DNA of 24,010 nucleotides, taken from an uncultured Candidatus Bathyarchaeia archaeon. Lineage in GTDB: Archaea; Thermoproteota; Bathyarchaeia; Bathyarchaeales; Bathycorpusculaceae. Position 1 is the stretch's first letter; each line of letters starts with the position of its first letter. A model generated the notes under the pieces. It searched no databases, had not been told where the DNA came from, and was given only the letters and a program-made list of their open reading frames with translations. Made by a program: the position numbers and the translations under genes. Positions 22,327 to 24,010 of this stretch are shown piece after piece. The DNA lies in the NCBI GenBank assembly GCA_964450845.1, contig CAYVGZ010000001.1, positions 172,604-196,613 of the forward strand, read 5' to 3'.

Positions 22327-22916
22327 CTTTCTCTCCTGTTTTCAATTGTGTTCGATGGATTCCTGTTCTCCCTCAACATCGTCCTCATTACGTCTTCTGT
22401 TTCAGGATCAGCCAGATTGAAAACAGGTATTCTTGAGATAGTTGCTAAGACAATAGGATGAGCAGAAAGTCCAACTATCTTTCCTCCTGGAGTCCAGCAG
22501 ATAAGAGCATCTGATGGTCTTTTAAGATTCTTGCCCAATACCATACACATAGTCTTGGCAAGAATAATCTTAGTTGCTGGATGTACAGCATCCCACTCAT
22601 CTGAAACACAGGCTGATTCTGAGATGATCCCTTCTTGAATACCCTTTTTTCTGCATTTCCATATTATCTTGGCAAGTGACATTGATTCGGGTGAAACGGA
22701 TGATATGCCTCTTTGGTCATTCCATCCATCCCATGGGACATATACTTCCTTTGCCGAACCAGCACCAGTTTCAAATGCTCTGTCTGCAGCTGAAACTGAG
22801 CCAGTTCTTAAAGTGTACCCCCAGTTTTGGAAGTGCATAGCTAGTTCGGTCATTAACCTCTTCTCATCAAGAGGAGTGTCTCGACTTCCAATACCTGTGT
22901 AATATCCTGTATTCAT
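22284..22916 (-). CDS. SLOG/DprA-like Rossmann-fold protein
   Basis: YTGIGSRDTP, GYTLRTG....AD.AFE.GA, YVPW.GWN, VLG..L..P...LICWTPGG, IPVFNL. Confidence 0.8.
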   Translation of the reverse strand: MNTGYYTGIGSRDTPLDEKRLMTELAMHFQNWGYTLRTGSVSAADRAFETGAGSAKEVYVPWDGWNDQRGISSVSPESMSLAKIIWKCRKKGIQEGIISESACVSDEWDAVHPATKIILAKTMCMVLGKNLKRPSDALICWTPGGKIVGLSAHPIVLATISRIPVFNLADPETEDVMRTMLRENRNPSNTIENRRERCVKELATFGNLLE

Positions 22917-22925
22917 ATGTCCTCC

Positions 22926-23030
22926 TTATATCGGTAGCAGCATCCTCGTCATGTATCCAGCAACAAATGCTCCGATAAAAGTAGCGAGCGTCAGCGCAAC
23001 GTACTTTATCGCTTTAAACAGATATCTCAT
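22926..23030 (-). CDS. Small membrane peptide (34 aa)
   Basis: RBS AAGGAG; MRYLFKAIKYVALTLATFIGAFVAGYMTRMLLPI*. Confidence 0.65.
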   Translation of the reverse strand: MRYLFKAIKYVALTLATFIGAFVAGYMTRMLLPI

Positions 23031-23034
23031 TTTC

Positions 23035-23277
23035 TTACTCCTTTGGTAAGACAGTTATTACTTGTTTTCTTAATTTGTCGTATGCAACATTGTGTTCTTT
23101 TCCTTCTATTGTTACGCAGTGGATTGTGACTCTGTTTGATGTTTTTCTGATTACCTTAGATTGACCAGATCGTATTACTTGTACTATCTGATCATGTAAT
23201 CGTTGAGACATCAAGCTTCCTACTCTCTCAATCCATCTGCGTCGGAGGTGTCGCATTTGACATTTCTTCTTGTTCAT
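23035..23277 (-). CDS. Small basic protein, possibly RelE/BECR (DUF4258-like) fold
   Basis: RBS GGAGG; H..RR..ER near the N-terminus and YD....VITVLP at the C-terminus. Confidence 0.55.
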   Translation of the reverse strand: MNKKKCQMRHLRRRWIERVGSLMSQRLHDQIVQVIRSGQSKVIRKTSNRVTIHCVTIEGKEHNVAYDKLRKQVITVLPKE

Positions 23278-23278
23278 G

Positions 23279-23638
23279 TTACCTCCTTATTATTACCTCT
23301 CCTTTCTCTGTAATCCATCCAGGAGTCAGATCTACTTGCTCTTCTGGATTTATCCGTGCTAGCGCAATGCTTCCTGACGGGCTCTCAAGATACAGCATAC
23401 CACAGTCTTCAGCCTTCCATATATTGGCTCGTACTAGCTGAGCATCTGATAAATCTGAGCCAAGATCAGTAGGATTGAAAACTAGAAATGCTTTTTCTAT
23501 TTCTTCCAATTTCGTTCCTTCTGAATCTTGAACAAAGCAAGTTACAGGAAATGCTGATGGCTTATTAAGCGAATCAGTCAGTTCCATTCGTAGCTTTTTC
23601 AGTTCCATTGCTTTCTCTGAGAAGTTCATCGAATTCAC
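23279..23638 (-). CDS. Hypothetical protein
   Basis: 119 aa; RBS GGAGGTG. Confidence 0.78.
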   Translation of the reverse strand: MNSMNFSEKAMELKKLRMELTDSLNKPSAFPVTCFVQDSEGTKLEEIEKAFLVFNPTDLGSDLSDAQLVRANIWKAEDCGMLYLESPSGSIALARINPEEQVDLTPGWITEKGEVIIRR

Positions 23639-24010
23639 CTCCCTCCTTCAGTTTCTTTGCTTGTGCCTGAGCTAGACCATTAACGATTTCGTTTCTTGCA
23701 TCTCCAGAATGGCCAGCCACCCAGAAGAATTTGACCTTATGAATAGCTATAAGCTCTAATAGCTCAGTCCATAGGTCTCTATTTGCATTTTTCTTCCAGT
23801 TCTCATTAATTGTCTTAACAAGATACTGGCTATCGGAATACACATGAACAATACAGGATTTTTTAAGAGCTCTCAGTCCTTCGATAGCTGCTCTTAGCTC
23901 CATTCTATTATTCGTTGTGTCTTCTTGGCAGCCTTGGACTATCTTGGTTTTTCCTTCAAACTCTAGTAGCGCGGCCCAACCACCTGGGCCGCTATTACCA
24001 TTATCAAGGC
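23574..24010 (-). CDS. rnhA: Ribonuclease HI (5' end outside the window)
   Basis: GPGGWAALL, TTNNRMEL.AAIEGL, VYSDSQY, NRDLW..L, WVAGHSG...NE. Confidence 0.93.
   Translation of the reverse strand, partial: LDNGNSGPGGWAALLEFEGKTKIVQGCQEDTTNNRMELRAAIEGLRALKKSCIVHVYSDSQYLVKTINENWKKNANRDLWTELLELIAIHKVKFFWVAGHSGDARNEIVNGLAQAQAKKLKEGGEFDELLRESNGTEKATNGTD

Noticed and set aside
135-22902. All plus-strand ORFs in the track (e.g. 3727-4167, 17564-18238) and nested alternative-frame minus ORFs
   Set aside because: They are antisense shadows of better-supported minus-strand genes or RNAs, with no RBS or motif support

Overview
AT-rich segment of a large (jumbo-like) tailed phage or phage-derived element. 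Every credible gene is on the minus strand, densely packed, with Shine-Dalgarno sites and several intrinsic terminators. The left 14 kb is a dispersed RNA-gene region: 12 tRNAs (2x CAT, Leu-TAA, Leu-TAG, Arg-TCT, Lys-CTT, Val-TAC, Cys-GCA, Tyr-GTA, Thr-TGT, Pro-TGG, Gln-TTG) and a tmRNA with a 31-codon tag. tRNA-Arg is split by a 482-nt group I intron that carries a homing-endonuclease remnant. Between tRNA-Leu(TAG) and the tmRNA lies about 800 nt that is nearly ORF-free. It holds three diverged copies of an unrecognised structured RNA (GGUGUA...UACUUCG...UUACCC, two with a tRNA T-arm) plus a fourth tRNA-like fold. Directly upstream is an 85-aa protein resembling ribosomal protein uS10/NusE without its ribosome-binding loop; this RNA array plus S10-like gene is the best candidate for a new system. 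Recognisable proteins: vWA protein, adenine/N4-cytosine DNA methyltransferase, DNA-ligase N-terminal fragment, class I SAM methyltransferase, HAD phosphatase, HNH endonuclease, family-4 UDG, macrodomain, SLOG/DprA-like protein, lipoprotein, pilin-like peptide and RNase HI. Many small genes carry nonsense codons, frameshifts, lost starts or internal deletions, indicating either real decay or a noisy long-read consensus. All protein and RNA family calls are by-eye motif recognition; no searches or folding programs were run.
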